A DNA stretch of 49,494 bases from Catajapyx aquilonaris (Eukaryota), in the NCBI GenBank assembly GCA_000934665.2, contig KZ538756.1, positions 1-49,494 of the forward strand. The letters run 5' to 3'. Position 1 is the first letter of the stretch. Every line of letters starts with the position of its first letter. The translations under genes and the position numbers were made by a program. This document shows positions 46,301 to 49,494 of the stretch, piece after piece. The notes under the pieces are model-generated. The model made no database searches. It saw only the letters and a list, made by a program, of their open reading frames with translations, and was not told the DNA's origin.

Positions 46301-48765
46301 GCAATAAATTCTGCTACCACTGAATGCAATATCAAATCCTAAGCTGCTATGCTCTCACCATCCCTCCCCTACCTCCCATCCCATCTAGTTGTCTGTTGCA
46401 AGATGGCCAGCAAAATGCTCTCTGGTGGAGTTGAATGCCCTAAGATAGCAGATATTTATTTGCATGTAGTTCAATGTAAAACATCCATGTGTTGAACAAA
46501 CAAACAAAAATTCGAAATTAGGTAAAGGAAGCCCCACACCAATGCAAACTTCATCTTCGGACTGCCATTTGAATGCACACTTGACTTACTTCACCAGGAG
46601 CAGCCCCACACAACTCCTACAATATGGCATCACTCACTGGGGCTGGGGAGTTGTTGTTTATTATCTGCGCGCTGACTTTAGTTGTTAGGTGGCTCTGTTG
46701 TTGCCAAGTTATGGCGAATTGCTGAGTTGTGTACAATCGGCGCGCCACCTAGCAACTAAATGGTCCACTCGCTAATGCCGCCCGCTTGACACGTCTGAGC
46801 GCACCCGTTCCTTGTATCTGAACCCCCCTCTAGATGGCGTTTCCGGACACTGGTTCCTATATAAAATATGTTTGTCTTGGTCCCCTGTATTACCCCTAGA
46901 AGTTTGTAAAGATAGCTAGGAAACACCCTGCATACGGTTTTGGTTGGTTCAAATGGTGTAAACCCAAATTTGCCTGGCAACCCAATCCCCCCAGTGAGCG
47001 ACGCCAGCAGCAGCGGAGACTCTGTAAGTACTCCTACCATCACCATAATGAAAGGGTCGTAGTTGCGGGGGGCTGACCAGGAGAGTCAAATCCATCGTCC
47101 CAGCCAATTTCCACCACCTTGGTTCAACTTGAGAAGTGAACCACCCTGTATAAAATATCCTTACTTGGCAGCAGCAGGTATCACTTTGAGGTAGTTCTCT
47201 TGTACAAAGAGTGGTGCCAAGCTATAATCATGAAAATAGAGGTCACTCTTGTCATGGATGGACATGGACTTGTGGTCTTCCGCAGAAAAGACCTTCTTGA
47301 GGACATCCCATGGGCCTAGTTTAAACTCCTTCTTGGATCTTCGTGCATCTGACTTGGTCTGATCTGTGTCCATATCCTTGTTTGCAGCACTCCATACAGA
47401 GAGATGGTGGAGAACCTGTCGCAAGTCTTGGTTGGATGCAGTTATAATGTCATTTAGGGCATCAGGTTTAATCTTCACCCCTTCCTTGTAGCATATTGAC
47501 ATCATGGCAGCCTGTTTAATATATCAAGAAATTGGTGTTACACACAAAGACCAGAGGAAGAACAAAGATGGGGAAACCATGTGGCATGTATCATGTATGA
47601 ACTCACAAATGGATGAGTCACGGGTTCTATCCCCATTCATTTTTACAATGTATTGATCTGAACACGTATAAATGACTCAGTATTTACCTTGATTTGTTCT
47701 ACACGAGGTTTCTGGAAGCGCAGGTCAAAGCAATGTCCTGCTAAGCTGCGGATCTTTTGGCTGTTCCTGTCGTTGCACATGCAGATGATTGGCACTTTGC
47801 TACCTTTGATGAGCTGGATTAGCTCTTGCACTCCTCCCCTGTCCTCATTTCCAGCCATCCCATCCACTTCATCCATAAGCAACACATGCTTGGAGCTTGT
47901 TTTGTTCAATCCACTTCCTTGAGAATACATAGCTAGGGATTGGGAAGACAGCAGCTGAGAGACCCCTTCCTTCAGCAAGCGCTTGGAACGAGTATCAGAT
48001 GCATTCAGCTCCACCACATCAAAACCAAGCTCACGACTCACTAAGTGAGCAGTAGTAGTTTTTCCCACTCCAGGAGGACCAGATAAAAGAGCTGCCTTGT
48101 ATGCTGCACCATCATCACTTGCTTTAGCCCAAGGAGCTGTAATTGTAAAATTCATTTTGTAGGTGAACATGCAGTCTGTTTCAATTGGGCATGCATTAAA
48201 CCAGGAAAACCTAATTATGATACTCCAAAAAAAGCTGCAGGAGGCTACCTGGCTTGGGTATCTTCTTCTTATCCTTTCCTCCAGTGTTATTCTTCTGCCA
48301 GCTCTGTAGCCACTTGGTGAGTTTCTTCAAGCAGCTCTTATCCCCCTGCTGTCCCACCACTTGTTTGGTACTGGTAGGCTTGTGTTTGTCCACCCACAAA
48401 AGGGAAGGTGCTGCTTCAGCTTCTAAGGTATCTTTCAACAAGGCTTTTCCTTTGGAAGGAGATGCCAGGGAAAACTGTCCTAGATTTTTCTTCGCATTCA
48501 CTGGCTTTTTAGGTGCATCTGGATCCTTCTTCACCATTTTTGGTTCTTGATGGGCTTCTTTCACCTTTTTTGTTTTGTCTTTTCCTTCTTCATTCAACTC
48601 AGATGTCTTCACATGCTGATCTGTTTTCTTTCGCTTGCTGTCCTGTGCTTCTTCCTTGATTTTGTGCTTCTTGGATTCAGACTTAGGTTTCTTCTCTTGT
48701 GACTTGGTTCTTATCAGGTCCAACAACATGTCCTCATCAATTATTTTTGTTCCACAAGTGCGGGC
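43392..48765 (-). CDS. RFC1: Replication factor C subunit 1 (clamp loader large subunit), 3' six exons; 5' part outside the window
   Basis: Exons (minus): 48765-48249, 48136-47688, 47511-47165, 44767-44290, 43839-43645, 43520-43392; phases consistent. BRCT tail GTKIIDEDMLLDLIRT, LWVDKHKPTS, Walker A GPPGVGKTT, ELNASDTRS, Walker B LLMDEVDGMAGNEDRGG, IICMCNDR, YFHDYSLAPLFVQENY, FPGWLGKNS, KVKAAFTRAYNK, acidic then Lys/RGG-rich tail. AATAAA (minus) at 43202-43197. Confidence 0.97.
45654..45920 (-). mobile_element. Full-length tRNA-derived V-domain SINE with (ATT)n tail and TSD, in an RFC1 intron
   Basis: A box TGGCCGAGCGG, B box GAGTTCGATCC, central TCTCTCCGTGTTCGCGTGGGTTTTCTCGTGGTTCTCCCCTTTCCTCCCAC (V-SINE-like domain), (ATT)n tail, and a 13-bp TSD with one mismatch: GTGTTGTGGTAAT (45641-45653) / GTGTTGTAGTAAT (45921-45933). 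Confidence 0.9.
46203..46570. mobile_element. Old MITE with about 50-bp imperfect TIRs
   Basis: AAAGGCAGCCCTGACTTGAAGTTTGTATCAGTGTAGGGCTTTCCTCACCT vs the reverse complement of 46520-46570 (AATGGCAGTCCGAAGATGAAGTTTGCATTGGTGTGGGGCTTCCTTTACCT); TTAA on the left flank. Confidence 0.6.
46681..46930. mobile_element. Non-autonomous Tc1/mariner-type element (copy 2 of the repeat at 1-197)
   Basis: 46733-46930 is homologous to 1-197 and ends AAACACCCTG. Internal inverted repeat GTTGTTAGGTGGC (46681-46693) / GCCACCTAGCAAC (46744-46756). Confidence 0.8.
46933..47150. mobile_element. Possible second Tc1-type MITE abutting the previous element
   Basis: Right end GTGAACCACCCTG-TA is a CAGGGTGGTTCA-type terminus; the left end TACGGTTTTGGTTGGTTCA is only a degenerate match. 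Confidence 0.4.
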
Positions 48766-49494
48766 CTGTAAATCATTCATCTCATTATGAGTGGTGTTAC
48801 TAGTAATGCTAAAATTTAAATACATTTTTAAAAGTCAATTCTTAATAACTGGAAGGTTGGAATAAAATGTGATCATGCATGACACTCAATAATAGCCACC
48901 CCTTTTAACGCAACATTTCTAGAAATTCAGTTCTGCAAAAACTATGTCAGACAGTTTTCAAAGTCAAAAACCCAGTGTTAACAAAGCCCATTCTCGAGTT
49001 CCACACCTAGCAGATGTCCTCATCGCATTTCTTTAGCAGAAATTATTTTACTTTGGTAAATGTCCTCGAGGGTTGCTACTACCCATGTCAGATGACCAAT
49101 AAAAGTTTTGATCTGGCCATGTCTCTGAAGGCTATACTTTTCGGCACATGCAGCTAGATTACCAAAGCTCAGTGGAGCATCCACTGTAAGTGCATCTCTG
49201 GTGCAGCATGAAAGTGTCCCCCTCACTCAAGTTTGGTTTTAGGCATCTCCCTCACTTACATTGTTAGTGCACACTAAGACCCACATCAAGCCTGCACTAA
49301 GACAGAAAAGGGACTCTAGGTAAGTGGACAAGTGGTTTAATCCACTGTTGGTGCTGACAGGTATTTTTACCAATTAAGCTCACAAGGGAACCTCTCTAAG
49401 TGTCACTCGAAGTTCAAGGTGAAATATTTTTTTTCGGGTTCCTTATCAGCTAGAAGGACAACACCCTTCTGGAGAAATCCTCGATCTCAAGCGT

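Noticed and set aside
48980..49494. Possible SINE or other repeat, or an upstream RFC1 exon, at the window end
   Set aside because: No RFC1/BRCT-like translation found, and I could not identify Pol III boxes, TIRs or TSDs; left as unannotated intron.

Overview
Eukaryotic genomic DNA, most likely an arthropod: short GT-AG introns, Oatp26F/Oatp30B-type transporters, and CpG-poor gene bodies around a CpG-rich middle. By manual splicing, from left to right: (1) the last two exons of an acid/gastric-type lipase (+, 230-761); (2) two tandem SLCO4-like OATP genes on the minus strand, OATP-A (859-5444, 9 exons, 660 aa, divergent) and OATP-B (5668-8663, 9 exons, 717 aa); (3) about 21 kb of CpG-rich, mostly non-coding DNA with TE remnants and a 14-N gap; (4) a divergently oriented SLCO5/Oatp30B-like gene, OATP-C (+, 30600-39389, 13 coding exons, 859 aa); (5) the 3' six exons of RFC1 (-, 43392-48765). 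Mariner/Tc1 remnants, piggyBac- and Harbinger-type MITEs and tRNA-derived SINEs are scattered throughout. Best leads: a candidate double UGA-C stop-codon readthrough with a downstream stem-loop in OATP-C; an operon-like junction where the poly(A) signal of OATP-B abuts a splice acceptor 45 nt before the ATG of OATP-A; and a 160-codon overlapping +1 frame running through three OATP-C exons. All gene models were derived by eye, family names are from recalled motifs, and no searches were run.
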